Shown piece after piece: positions 1-12,434 of a stretch of DNA of 64,000 nucleotides. Source of the stretch: Felis catus (lineage: Eukaryota). Both the position numbers and the translations under genes were made by a program. The notes under the pieces were generated by a model. That model saw only the letters and a list, made by a program, of their open reading frames with translations, ran no database searches and was not told the origin of the DNA. Numbering within the stretch: the first letter of the stretch is position 1; every line of letters begins with the position of its first letter. The stretch is from NCBI RefSeq assembly GCF_018350175.1, contig NC_058368.1, forward strand, positions 185,444,001 to 185,508,000, written 5' to 3'.

Positions 1-1829
1 TTTGCTCTCACCTTTATTTTTCCATGTGCTACACTGCCTACTCTATCCTTGAATAAGGAAATAAGTCATAAAAGAGAAACAGTAAGAGGATGATAGTTGT
101 AGTTACCAATGAAACTATATTATAAATGAATCAAGAGGAATATAAGCCCCTTGGGAGACCATGAAAGTATTGGATGTTTCCCCCACTGTGCATGGAATGG
201 ATTCACCTTATCTGGATATTGCAGGTGGGACCCCCGAAGGCCAGAGGCTTTGAGACATCTGGGTTACACTAGCAAGAGTTTTTTAAATGACTGATGTATG
301 TATATAAAGGCAATTCCACTTCTACTCACTCGTGATGCCTCCCTTAATGATTACCAAGCAACTGTTCTTTACATCACTAAAAGATGTGGGACCATGGCTA
401 CGATTTCCTAGTACCTGGACTTCTGTGGATTTCAGCGTTGTGATTTGGCACCACAGGGGTTTGCCTTACCAGGCCTATCTGGCAGAATATGTTGGTTTCA
501 AAGTCCTACACCAAATAAATGTACTTCCATGATACCTGCCCTTTTTCAGCATTACAAAGGATCACAGCTGGAGGGAGGAACATTAACCCAAACAAGCCTG
601 TCTTTTGCTTCTTCTCAAACATGTTTCTTCCACTTTTTTTTTTCCAGTTCTGGTTTCTGCTGTTCAGTTAGATATTCTGATGAGCACAGACTCAAGAGGG
701 AACAGAATGGCAGGGCTGTCCTCTTTGATGCATATTAAAGTCACCTCTTGGAAAAGGAGCCAGAAAGTGCTGAGGTACCAAAAAATAGGAAATTATAATA
801 CACAACTTTCTGAGTCTACCAGCACTATAGCATGACTTTATGATAAACTCTTGGTCTGTTGGTTTAAGAGAAGCCATGCTGAATATGTGACTCACTATGT
901 AGCACTGACTGAAAACAAAGCTCCACAAGACATTGAACAGTGGCTGTTCCAATTGCCATATTTCTCCTGTGTTTTACAATACAAAAAATGTGACCAGATC
1001 TAGTTTGCATTTGTGCCTTGGAACTGCTGTTTATAATTTGAGTAATTCAGTACAAGTCATTGGAGCTGAATGTGCCATGTCATGCAGTAAAAATTAAAGT
1101 ATACCGTATTGTTTTATGGAAACATGCAGTTCCAAAGAACAGAACTGAGGTAAAAAGACCAATTTCTGTTTTAAACAATGAGATGCTGATTAAGCAACCA
1201 TTGCATGTGAATAGAACAAGTTAGTTCAGGGTTCAATAAAAATAAGCAGATGGTGCTGTCGGGCCTTGACAACATTTTGATGATTTCAGTGCATGTGTAA
1301 AGAGGATTTTATTAATATTGTCCTTCTTCTAGTATTGGTATAATGGTTGCACAGTGAAAATGAAGGCATCTACAAAATCTCTCAGAAAGGATCTCATACC
1401 TTTGGTTATTCATTTGGAGAGTAATTCTTACCAAATTCCATACACCATCAAACTGGAGATACTAGAGATTCACTTTTGTTCTCACTTGGAACAGAGAGAT
1501 CAAATTTTACTTTTTTCCTTTCCCTTTTCCTGAAGGTATTTTCCTTAGGACATTTAGGGTGTTCTGTATCTCAGGGCTAGATAGTTTATTTAATCATGTA
1601 CTAACACTAAATCCAGCACTTTAGGAGTTTTTTTTTTTCTTTCTTTAAAGATTACTGACTTGTTGAGGGTTGATTTTTAGCTTGAGGGTTTTTTATTTGT
1701 TCACTGCTTCTGTAATCTTTCTTAATAAAATGTATTATTTGTGGCACATCAGTGTTTACTTCTATCTAGCATTATATATGACTAGTCCAGGTTTTTTTTT
1801 ATAACATTTTATTAGGAATAATACTGACT

Positions 1830-1945
1830 TATCATTTATCGACTGCCTACCCTGTGTAGGGCACTGTGTTAGGCTCTGGGAATATAACAGTGAGTGATTG
1901 AATGATCAAGTCTTGGTATTTTATTTCAAAGAAATTAAAATCTAG
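1830..1945 (-). mobile_element. L2 LINE 3' end fragment
   Basis: catttatcgactgcctaccctgtgtagggcactgtgttaggctctggg resembles the reverse complement of the L2 3' terminus. Confidence 0.55.
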
Positions 1946-1954
1946 CCTATCTAA

Positions 1955-2115
1955 ACTCCATAGTAATTTTAAGGGTATGATACTATATTCCCATTTTAAG
2001 AATAAGGAAAGTAAGTCTCAAAGTTAACTAAAACATGCAAGTTAACATAGGGAATAATTTGTAGCATCAAGGGTGAAAGGTAGGTCTATCATATTCTAAA
2101 GCCCATTATTTTTCC
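1955..2115 (-). mobile_element. MIR SINE fragment
   Basis: attcccattttaagaataaggaaagtaagtctc resembles the antisense MIR core (cccattttacagatgaggaaactgaggc). Confidence 0.55.
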
Positions 2116-2703
2116 TCTCTGTTATAGCCTTAAAAGTTTTTCCACACTTAGTAGGTAAAATGGAGATCAAATATCTCAGATTAAATGGTGCAGAAGGAAG
2201 AAGTTTGAAAAAATAATCTTTTCCCTTCAGCTATCATTTTAGGTGCCATGCTGCATTTATATATTCAAATGTTGCCCAATTTAAAAAATAAATCAACATG
2301 CCGAGGAAATACAAGAAACATGGAGACAAATTAGGTGATGATGGTAATTCATGTGAGAAGTGCCTAGTTTGGACGAACAATCAGAAAAAGGTGATAGAAT
2401 CACATATCAGATTTGCTAAAGAAATCAGATGGTTCAATGATGAAAGAAATGTTATAGGTACTTGGAAATAAGATTTATGGTGTTTGAATATGGCAAGAGT
2501 TGCCTTTATGCTAGGTAGTATAAGTAATCTTTTTATCTGTGTGTGTGCAAGCAAAGATGTAAAGTGATTTTATGTACTTGCTTTTAAATGACAATCATTT
2601 TAAAATGCCAGAGCAGTTAATATCTTGTGCTTTGGAACTCCTACTCAGATAAAATCTGAGACCACAGTTTGAATTAAGCCTTGATTTAAAATCTACACAT
2701 ATA

Positions 2704-2827
2704 GGGGTGCCTGGGTGGCTCAGCCAGTTGAGCATCAGACTCTTGATTTCAGCTCAGGTCATGATCCCAGGGTCATGGGATCTAGCCCTGTGTCAGGATC
2801 TATACTGAGCACGGACCCTGATTGAGG

Positions 2828-2884
<57 letters not shown>

Positions 2885-2968
2885 TCTCTCTCTCTCTCTC
2901 CCTCTCTCTCTCTCTCTCTCCATCTGCCCCTCTCCCTCACTTACATTCTCTCTTTCTCTAAACAAAAA
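2704..2968 (+). mobile_element. CAN-SINE (tRNA-derived carnivore SINE)
   Basis: Head ggggtgcctgggtggctcag, long (CT)n tract, short A tail; degenerate TSD aaaatctacacat/aaaatccacacgt. Confidence 0.95.
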
Positions 2969-3139
2969 TCCACACGTCTCATAAAATCAGGTGATTTGAA
3001 AATTTTGATTGGAATAGGGTGGACTAGACGGAATGGAATACAGTTTGAACTATTTTTCTCTTACTGTCTTTCAAGTTGACCTGCCACTGATGGATAAAAA
3101 GGCTCATAGTAGGAAAATATAATAAAAAAAGTAATAGAA

Positions 3140-3340
3140 ATGTGAATTAGGAAGATAGGATAGGCACGTGATGGCTATTTATATAGCTGGAATTTGGATA
3201 AGGAGGAAATCAAAGGTGGCTACAAAGGTTTGAGTCCAGATGCAGTTGTTTTTCCAATAATAGAAGCATCTCTCAGGCAAAGAACTTGAAAAGAGTTGCA
3301 GGAAAAGATAATGAATTTGGTTTTGAATATGTTATGGTAA
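3140..3340 (-). mobile_element. L2 fragment
   Basis: gataatgaatttggttttgaatatgtt and flanking G-rich sequence typical of antisense L2. Confidence 0.45.
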
Positions 3341-3384
3341 CCTCTAAATTTAAACTTATGTCACAAAAATAATAATGGTAATGG

Positions 3385-3590
3385 CTGCCTTATTTAACAT
3401 TTCTCGGTACCATAAACCCTGCTAAATTCTTTTTATATATTAATAAATTACTAAAAGTCATGTGGATAGATGGTATTAACTGCATTTTAGAGAACAGGAG
3501 GCCTAGAGAGAACTAAACTGACTGTCTCAAGCTCATATAACTGGAAATACACAGAGCCTTCAATTATACCAGGTCTATCTGAATCTCCTG
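3385..3590 (-). mobile_element. MIR fragment
   Basis: tggtattaactgcattttagagaac...ccaggtctatctgaatc, antisense MIR pattern. Confidence 0.5.
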
Positions 3591-3845
3591 TTATGTACCG
3601 TTTCCTCTGTTCTTCTAATATAAAGTAGCAAAACTATTGACCATTGATCCAAGATTGAATTTTTAGTTGTCATCTGTAATGCTTTCCAACATTTTGATTC
3701 TTTCTATTTCAAAATTGTGTTTGCTATTTTCCTGATATTTTTACATTGATTTTGAATAATTGGTCCCTGGAACCTAAATTATTAACTTTCTCCCTTTGAA
3801 ATTCTGTTGTCAGTCAAACTGAAATTGTTTGCACTCTTGTTGATT

Positions 3846-4279
3846 TGTGATGGAGTTGACCAACTGGCCACCAAAACCCTTTTTCCTTTTCTGTGCCAGC
3901 AGAAGCATGATTGAGTGGCAGTTTCTCAGACAGAGAGTATAGTTCCCAGCCCCTTTGGCATCTAGATACATGGATTATGCATTTAGTTTTCACTAATGAA
4001 ATGAAAGTGGAATTGCTGTGTGCCTTTTCTGGGATATGACCCTTAAAAAGTGGGTATCCTCTTTATTCCCTTATTCTGATGGAGTCTAGGCACTGACTAG
4101 GTTCTAGGGATGGCAGAATGGAAGAAGTTGGGACCCCTTTTCACTGTGGGGTGAAATCTAGCAGATAGAGCTACCTGCCAACATCACCTACTTTTCACTG
4201 AGAAAGCAATAGGCAACTACTGTGTTTGAGACATTAGATTTGTGGGCTTATTTTTAGAGTATTTTAGCCTAACTAAACA
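3846..4279 (+). mobile_element. MaLR solo LTR (older MLT1, H/I/J-like)
   Basis: tgtga start, ttcccagcccctttggcatctag, 3' ...gtgtttgagacattagatttgtgggcttattt...ctaactaaaca. Confidence 0.6.
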
Positions 4280-4847
4280 TTTCTACTATCAATAAAATGG
4301 GTCCTATTTTGTAAGAGTAATAGTGGAACATAATTCTATGTTGTCGTCTACAGAACATGTTCAGGCACTTTAGATGCTCTTGCAAGCTACCTAGAAACTG
4401 TCTTATTTTCTTTTATGGCATGGATTCAGAATTGGGTTGTGAACTGTGGCCTGTGTACTCAAGTCAGGCTCCTTTTCATTACAAAGTGCAGAAGAAATTT
4501 TGATCAAGCTTTTATTTACCATATGATGCTCCATTGCATAATGAGTGGATGGTTATTGAAGTCTTGGCATATGCCTCATCACTGAGTCTGAGATAATGCT
4601 TTGTAGGGGATCCATCTGAAGAAAAAGAGAGTTCTTTTTACAAATGCTCTCTAATATTATGCAATGCATTTTTCTTCACAACCAGATAATTTTGTTCTTT
4701 CTAAATTCCTACTGGTTTTAGAAATTTAATTTTTTCATATGTGTGAAAATTATCCGACCACCACGATGTCTCAGAGAGAGAAGCTATGGTCAGGCAGATC
4801 CTGAGAAGAATTCTACAAGAAGACTTATGTCAGAAGCTGTCACTTTA

Positions 4848-4879
4848 TCTTTTTTAAATATATTTAATCTTTATTTATT

Positions 4880-4930
<51 letters not shown>

Positions 4931-5094
4931 ATGAGCAGGGGAGGGGCAGAGAGAGAAGAAGATACAGAATCTGAAGCAGGCTCCAGGCTCAGCTGTCAAC
5001 ACAGAACCCGACGTGGGGCTCAGATTCACAGACTTCAAGATCATGATCTGAGATGAAGTCAGATGCTTAACTGACTGAGCCACCCAGGTGCCCC
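4848..5094 (-). mobile_element. CAN-SINE
   Basis: Poly-T tail, (GA)n, ends gagccacccaggtgcccc; TSD agaagctgtcacttta/agaagctcacttta. Confidence 0.95.
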
Positions 5095-5779
5095 AGAAGC
5101 TCACTTTAAAGGGGTCTTCAGACAACATTCAATCTCTTCTCCTTTCTGTACATCAGAAGGGTGGTCTCTGATTCAAGAATTACTGATACACACCAAAATA
5201 AGTTATTTTTAGGTAAGTTTTCCAGAAGTCAGGAAGAACAAAGAGCAACTTCTAATTCAGTTTTTATTTGAATTTAACCTTTCACCTCCCTCTTTGTCTT
5301 TGTTGTTCAGCCAGTTACACTCTCCAATACTGGCTGTGTGTTGAGGGCCTTAAGTGATTGCCTTCCTCAGGCAGCGCTGGAGAGTAGTGTTTGAAGAATA
5401 AACTGTGAAGGCTTAAAAAATTAATCTATCTAAAGGCTGGACCAAGAGCCTTTTGCTAAGGAACAACTTCTTGCTTTAAAAACCAATTATCAAATTCTCA
5501 GAGCAAAGCAGAGCCAAAGAGCAGAGCGGGCAAATAGGGCAGCTGTGTAAGTAAACTCAGCTCCTTTCTTTTTGAGGCTCTGAAGGTTTTCTTATATATT
5601 TCTCAGTTGTTTCTTGGCAAGGCAGTCTTATCATTGACCAGGACCCGGAAAGATCTGACCTATGTTTGCATCAGTATGCTTTATTATTTTTTATTTTATT
5701 TTATTTTATTTTATTTTATTTTACTTTACTTCTATAAGAAGTAGTGGTTTAATTTTTTTTAAATTTTATTTTATGATCA

Positions 5780-5980
5780 CTAGAGTTCAAGTAAGTTGGA
5801 TCCAAATTCCAGGCCGGTTTTTTTGCTCTGTAGTATTGAGTCTCAGTTGACATACCTGTGAATTACAGATAATGATATTTATTGCAAATAGAGTTTCTGT
5901 AAGAAGCAAATAAATTACTACACATAAAGGGCTCTACTCAATTTTTTGTTTATGGTAAATGCCCAATAAATATCAGCATT
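5780..5980 (+). mobile_element. MIR fragment
   Basis: ggatccaaattccaggcc...ctgtgaattacagataatgata...ggtaaatgcccaataaatatcagc. Confidence 0.5.
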
Positions 5981-6367
5981 GCTTGTGTTGTTCTTGATGG
6001 TTGTTCATAACAAAAGTATACCTTTGTGGATTTCCTTTTCACTAATGCATTTAATCTTCTTGATGCCATGACAGCATTTGTTGCCTTTAGCGTGGTTCTC
6101 CCACTCTTTATAGATGTATTCTATTTCATAGTTAGCTGGGTGAGCCTATTTCCTCTAGTGTCCAAACATGTCAGAAGGGGCATTATTGTAACACACATTT
6201 AATTGAAAATATTAAATGTTTCTTAAATGGTAACAATTGAAGACCATTGTTTTCTCCAATGTCTAGACTAATTATCACTGCAAATGTGGTAAGAAAAGTT
6301 CAGTTAAATGAAAATCTTGATGTTTATTTTGTGAAGTGGTTAAAATTCTTATATTATTGGGAGAAAG

Positions 6368-6595
6368 AGTAGTGTCATTGTCTAGACTGTAAACCTGGAA
6401 TAGGAGTGTCTGCATTATAATCCTGCCTCTTACCCTTCATCATGTATAGTCTTTTCAGATTGCTTCTGACTCTCTGTGACTCAGTATTTTCATCTATTAA
6501 ATGAACATGAAAATAACATTTATCTTTTAGGACTGTTGAGAAGATGAAAATTTTCAATGTATGTAAAGTACTTAGAATAGTATGTGGTTCCTAGT
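6368..6595 (+). mobile_element. MIR
   Basis: ctctgtgactcagtattttcatctattaaatgaa...aatgtatgtaaagtacttagaatagt, MIR core and 3' part. Confidence 0.65.
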
Positions 6596-6744
6596 TCAAG
6601 TTTTATGTTTTGGTTGTTGTTTTGTTGTCATTGTTATAGATTTCACTGCTGTATAGCTTGATGAGGAGTTAGCTACAGTGCTTTGTACTGTGATTTGCTT
6701 CTAGTATAAACTTTACATAATGTGTGCTTCGCATGGCATTGGGG

Positions 6745-7369
6745 AGACTTTTAAAGTTTTTAAAGGTATAGAATAGTGATATCAGTGATCTCTGTTTTAA
6801 ATATATCACTCTACCTGGAGCAGGCCTGCATGGATTCTGATAGAATTAGTGGGATACTATTGGCATAACTTTGAGCATATGGTCTAGGCCAGAATTGATG
6901 AATATGGAAAAGGTGGATAGAACTGAGTGATATTTAAGAGGCAAAATTTACATAATTGCGATTAAATGGATATGGAGGTAAAAGAAAATGGAGGTTTCAA
7001 GAATAGCATTTAGGCTTCTCAACTGTAAAACAAGATGAGTCTAAGATCCAATTATAGTATAGAAAAATGAACAAAAATAGTTTTATAGATAAGGTGATCA
7101 TTAGTTTTATTTTGGACATGTGGCATTTAAGGTGCTCTGGGGTCTCCAAAAGGAAATGCCAAATAATAAGTCAGACCCATACAATTAGTTGGTGCTCTGA
7201 GGAGATAACCTGGAAATATTGTGAGCTATCACCATATGTCATATGTGGCTTTTTAAGCTCTGGGATTACAGAATCTTGAGGGGAAAAAAGGTGAATTAAG
7301 AATCAGCCTTGAGAAGCTCTACCATTTTATGGTGAGGTAATGGAGAATGAGCATGAGACAGAAAGAGAC

Positions 7370-7408
<39 letters not shown>

Positions 7409-7750
7409 TAGATTTCCAAAAAGAAAAGAAAATTAGGAGATTGTTATGCACAGATGTGAAAGAGAGGGAGATTGATGGAAACCAATGTTGGGTGGGGCTA
7501 CAGAGTGAAAGGAAAGTGAATGAAGGACACAACATGAAGACACGGCTCTTCCAAGAAATTTGGCTGTGAAGGAAGAAGAGAGGCAAGACAGGGGCTAAAC
7601 CAAGCCTAAGGGGCTAGTTAATTTTTAATTAGTATTCTTAAAAGGGGGTAACTAGTGTATTTAAAGCCAACAAGAAGAATATATATAAAAGAGTTTAAAG
7701 ATTCTGGAAAGAAAGGTGATTATAGAGATGGGAAGATTCCTATAAACATG
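6745..7750 (-). mobile_element. L2 fragment containing a (GA)n microsatellite at ~7357-7403
   Basis: ttagttttattttggacatgtggcatttaaggtgc...ccaaaaggaaatgccaaataataagtcag matches the antisense L2 body. Confidence 0.65.
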
Positions 7751-7798
7751 GCAGAAACGAGGGCAAGAAGTGGGTACAGAAGGGGATTAACTAAAGAG

Positions 7799-8028
7799 CA
7801 CTGGTTCTCAGCTGAGCGTGATTTTATACCTCCTTCTTAAGCTCTCAAAACATTCGGGAAATTCTGGACATATTTTGGTTGTCACACTGCAGAGTTGGTG
7901 CTACTGGCAACCAGTGGGTCAAGGTCAGGGATGGTGCTAAACACCCTACAACGCACAGGACAACCCCTGAAACAAACAAAAAAAAAATTATTCAAACCCA
8001 TCAGTAGTGTCAGTGGTGAGAAACCATG
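7799..8028 (+). mobile_element. MER20 (hAT-Charlie non-autonomous DNA transposon), near full length
   Basis: cactggttctca...ttttggttgtcaca...ggtgctactggca...agggatggtgctaaacaccctacaacgcacaggaca...tgagaaaccatg follows the MER20 consensus end to end. Confidence 0.9.
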
Positions 8029-8459
8029 TATAGAACAGATAATAACTTCTGTTTAAGAAAAGACTAGAGGAATAGGATGGGGCAAGAAGTGGGCCTATTT
8101 TTATATTCAATATTAATCAAATAGTGAGTACTCAATAATATTAGCCATGACTTTTATCATATGGCTAAATTATGTCCCTAGTAATGTGGTTACTTCGTAG
8201 TAAGATCTCAGTGATGGGCAATTAAAATAAAGGTATCAGTTGAATTCATTAGAGAGTTACTGTAATTTATTTTTACAATGTGAAATTTTAACATTAGATG
8301 TGCTCTTGACCCTCCTATGCTGGATTCTACACCTTTATTTAAATTTTATAGACGCTGTCTATGATTAAGTCAGCTGAATTAAATTTGAGCCACCTGATAA
8401 GAATAAATGAGATTAATTTTTCTTAAATACTATTCAAAGCTATCTGATGATTTTTGGAG

Positions 8460-8605
8460 AAATATGGCATGGTGGATAAGAACTGAACTGCAAGAAGCCT
8501 TTAACCCCCAGTCCAGTTCTAAGCATTTGTTAGCTAAGGACTCTAGGTATGTACTTGACGACCGTAGTCTTTAGCATCTTTATCCATAATGTAGAAGTAG
8601 GGACA
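8460..8605 (+). mobile_element. MIR fragment
   Basis: atatggcatggtggataagaac head and a degenerate core. Confidence 0.45.
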
Positions 8606-9250
8606 TTCTTATCAGAAGTGTCTCTAAACATCAGGGACTAATGTTTGCAAAACATTTATCATGGGGTGGAAATAGCACATCTTAATGACTGATGGTGCTG
8701 CAACAGGTAAGAATTTCATTTAGGCCTACTAAGCACATCATAACATATTCGTCAGCCAAAATGCTTACCAGGGCATGTTGGGCAAGTAAAATTGTTTTTA
8801 TGTATTCTTGTTAAATAAACAAATATTCCCCAAATATTTATTTTCCCATCAAGCTTAAAAGTTTGTAAATCTGAAAAAGAGAAATTGGTTATTCACCTCT
8901 GATTTATATAAAACTATGTCTTTTTGTTTAATACTCTTTCTGCTATGAAAGATTCATAGACATCCAGAAACGACTGGTAGTAAGCATTTATGTTTTCTAC
9001 AAAATAAAATAAATTAAAAAAAATCACAAGAATTTAAGTTAGGAGTCTTTGATGGTTTGTTTGGTTTCCTTTTTGTGATATTGAAGCAGAAAATAGCAAG
9101 AGTCCCCAGGCACAGGCCCGGTCCCAAACCAGAAGTGTTGAAAATGTGTATTTAATCAGATAGTAAGACTGGAGTCAGATGGAGGCAAATCTGGAGGGAT
9201 GGGCAAAGCCTGTACTGGTACTCTGGGCCTCGATTAACATCTGCCTTTCT

Positions 9251-9331
9251 TTCTCTCTTTCTCTCTCTCTTTTCTTTTCTTTTCTTTTCTTTTCTTTTCT
9301 TTTCTTTTCTTTTCTTTTCTTTTCTTTGTTT

Positions 9332-9383
<52 letters not shown>

Positions 9384-9424
9384 AAATGTTTATTTATTTT
9401 GAGAGAGAGCAAAGAGGGAAGGGG

Positions 9425-9492
<68 letters not shown>

Positions 9493-9615
9493 CAAGCAGG
9501 CTCTATGCTGACAGTGCAGAGTCTGGTGCAGGGCTTTATCTCACAAACTGTGAGATCATGACTGAGCCAAAATCAAGAGTCAGATGCTTAACTGACTGAG
9601 CCACCCAGGCTCCCC
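9251..9615 (-). mobile_element. CAN-SINE with tail expanded into (TTTTC)n/(TTTC)n
   Basis: Ends ccacccaggctcccc; TSD aacatctgcctttct/agcatctggctttct. Confidence 0.95.
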
Positions 9616-9699
9616 AGCATCTGGCTTTCTAATTTTACACTGATCACAGCCAAAATGTGAAAAGCAGGGTAATGCATATTTATTTTAATCCCCCTCCCT

Positions 9700-10012
9700 C
9701 CCATTTGATAGTAGCATCCCCTTTTTATTCTGGGGATTTACTTTTCCTCTATGTGGTTTTGTCAGAATTGCCATTCAATGTGTTGTGTTTTCTCTTAGCA
9801 TAGTGCCCCAAATTAGGCCTGTCAGATACTTGCCTCTGGGAATTTGAGTATTTAGTTTTCCTAATTCTTGTCCATCTCTGAATCTGGATCATCAGTATTA
9901 TCATTGAATCTGTGTGTTACATGACAACCTTCCACTAAATATTTTTATCTTCTGTGGTTATTCATTGTTAACTTCTGTTGGTTACAACCAAAAAAAAATC
10001 TTAAGAGAAATA
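9700..10012 (+). mobile_element. Old ERVL-class LTR fragment (LTR33/LTR67-like)
   Basis: 3' end ccttccactaaatattt...ttctgttggttacaaccaaaa...aata resembles the ERVL/MaLR LTR terminus. Confidence 0.45.
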
Positions 10013-11211
10013 GTCACTGCTAATACTGGAGGGTGGATAAACAGTTGATCTTAGAAGCAGGGAATAACTGAAAAACTGTAACTAGTTAGAAACTTTGAGT
10101 CAGTGGGAAAGAGCCGTATGTCGTTCTTATATTTTAGATGAGAATTAAGAATTCTTCAAAAAAAATCCAATGGAAAAAAAAATGAATATCTCATTAGCTT
10201 CCTCACAGATCTTTTCCATTTTTCTAAGACTTTCTTTTTTTTTTTTTTGCTTGGATCAAAGCATTATTCAATCAAATAAGACACATTTTTGTTGAATGAA
10301 CACATTTGTTCTTAATGCTTTGGGTTTGGGGTTGCCAAAAAGGAAATCAAACCAACTCATTCATACAAATGGATTAGGCTGCATGCTCTCATCTTTCATC
10401 ATTGTGTTCACAGTAGAGTTATGCTTCTATTTTGAGAATGAAGAACACATTTCTGGAAGAGATAAATTGTTATTGAAGAATTCCTATATAATCAGAAGGC
10501 TGAGAGGCAAATAATTGTAATTTGGACCCTGAGACTGAAGCCACTTCAATAATGATGCTCATTAGATTTTTTGTTTCTCTTCTCTGGCCTATTTAGGAGC
10601 AACAATTGCTTAATGTCCTGATGGACATAACCCATGTAAACATGGTGATTATTTCTGGTACAGTGTCATTCTTGCAGATCACCAGATTGAGGGCTCCATT
10701 TGCTCACTATGTCTCAACTAAGCAAAAATGCATCTTTCTCAAAATGCAACGACACATGTTTAGGCTGTGAAAAAAAGAAGTGGGATGATGGTCTATCTGC
10801 AAATGACTTGCTAGCAAGCAAATATTTATTATTCTTTGATTTGTTCTAACAAAGTTTCTTTTATTAATAGCAGACTGTGAAGATCCATGCCAGGCCAACT
10901 GCACAGGGGGTTGTAAAATGGTTTCTTGTTCTTTTGAAGGAAATATGTATGCAAATACAGTAGAGCTAGATGTGAATAAACAATATGGTAGACTCAGTTT
11001 TTATTATGAGTTTAATCTGCCTCTCACAATAGAGGGAGATATCTACTAAATATGTTTATAAAGTTTTTTCACTGTGTTTTACTTCACATAGTAGCCTTCT
11101 GTAAATAGGAAAAAAGCAACAACGAGTATGAATCAGGGTTATAAGACAAATATATATGTATATATTTTAAAGGCCAGAACAGAAAGCTCTGAATATTGGA
11201 AATAGAGTCAT

Positions 11212-11350
11212 TATATAATGACTAAACATAATACTGAGAGACAGAACATGAATCTAGATCTAGCTTTGCCATGATTTACTATAATGACTTTGAAAAAGTC
11301 ACTTACTTTAACCTAGTATTCACTTCTGTTTTCTATCTATAAAACAAGGC
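11212..11350 (+). mobile_element. MIR fragment
   Basis: tctagctttgcca...tgactttgaaaaagtcactta...ctgttttctatctataaaacaagg. Confidence 0.55.
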
Positions 11351-12288
11351 TGAGCATTAAATCCAGGGTTTCACCTCATTGGCTCTGAGTCAGAACTGGT
11401 ATAGACAAATGTTTGTTTGATCATTATTTAATTGTTATAAATTGAGTTTGTTACATTTTGCCAGGAGATAGTCTATAATGGTCCACAAACTCTATCCCTG
11501 TCTGAAGTATTAGCTTTCTCTTACCTGCCTGGTCCCTGAAGACAATTGATAATGTGGAATCCCTTCAAGAGATGTTCCCTAAGGGCAGTTATGTTGTCAA
11601 AATCTTATGATTCTAACTATGTGGTTTTGGAATGGGCTCACTAAGCCTGTCTGGGCTTTCTCAATGTACTTGAATAACAAGAAAGAGTAAGCGGCCAAAT
11701 TATATATTTAATTTTATTATATGGTCAAATATGATTTTAGAATGAATTTTGAATTTCCCCATATATGTCCACAAAATCTAGTAGAGTTTTGTTGCTTAAA
11801 AGTTTATTGATTTATATGCAACTTCAGATTATTAAATATATGTATACTAAAACCAAGATGTTTTCAAATTACTTAGCTCATGGGAAGTTATACATTCTGA
11901 AAACTTATGTAAATCTATGCCAACAATCTCAGTCTGAAATGAGACAGAAAGTTAAAAAAAAAAGCTTAAGTCATTTTCTATTGGACCATAGCTTATTTTA
12001 TGAAAAAGTTATTTTTATAATATAGTTCAATATTGTTTTCTTGGTTTTAACTCCAAAAAACCCACAATTTATTCCTTTTAAGTCATTTCTGAGACAAAAA
12101 TTTTATAGTTTATTTTCAAAACGGAAGCAATACAGCTCCTATTAATAGAAATGGTACATAAATTTCATGTTCACATTAAAAAGTATGTTTTTAATCATGT
12201 GCTTGACAGTAGCACCTAAATCACAACATTCATTGTGAAAATGGTAACGAGAGTTAATTGTTCTTTTTCTCTTCTTTTTACCTTTCAG

Positions 12289-12360
12289 AACCATCATCTT
12301 CAGATTAATGGCATATAAGCATATTACTTAGTGATTTTTCCATTGGAGAAACCTACTACT
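12289..12360 (+). other. Candidate 72-nt non-coding (5'UTR or lncRNA) exon
   Basis: Preceded by ttaat and a ~25-nt polypyrimidine tract ending tttcag; followed by gtaaga donor; stop codons in all three frames. Confidence 0.45.
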
Positions 12361-12434
12361 GTAAGATGGCTGTCTCTCTCTCGTATAAATTGTTAATTTT
12401 AGAACTATAATTTTACAAATGTATAATTTTTAAA

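Noticed and set aside
2759..3079. ORFs with ERERER/LSLSLS runs (also near 4.7-5.1, 9.1-9.6, 15.1, 17.3, 34.6, 36.7 and 37.1 kb)
   Set aside because: They are translations of SINE (CT)n/(GA)n tracts and tails, not genes
10614..10650. Peptide CPDGHNPCKHG resembling the start of an EGF-like domain
   Set aside because: Immediately preceded by a stop codon and lacking the following EGF cysteine spacing; probably chance
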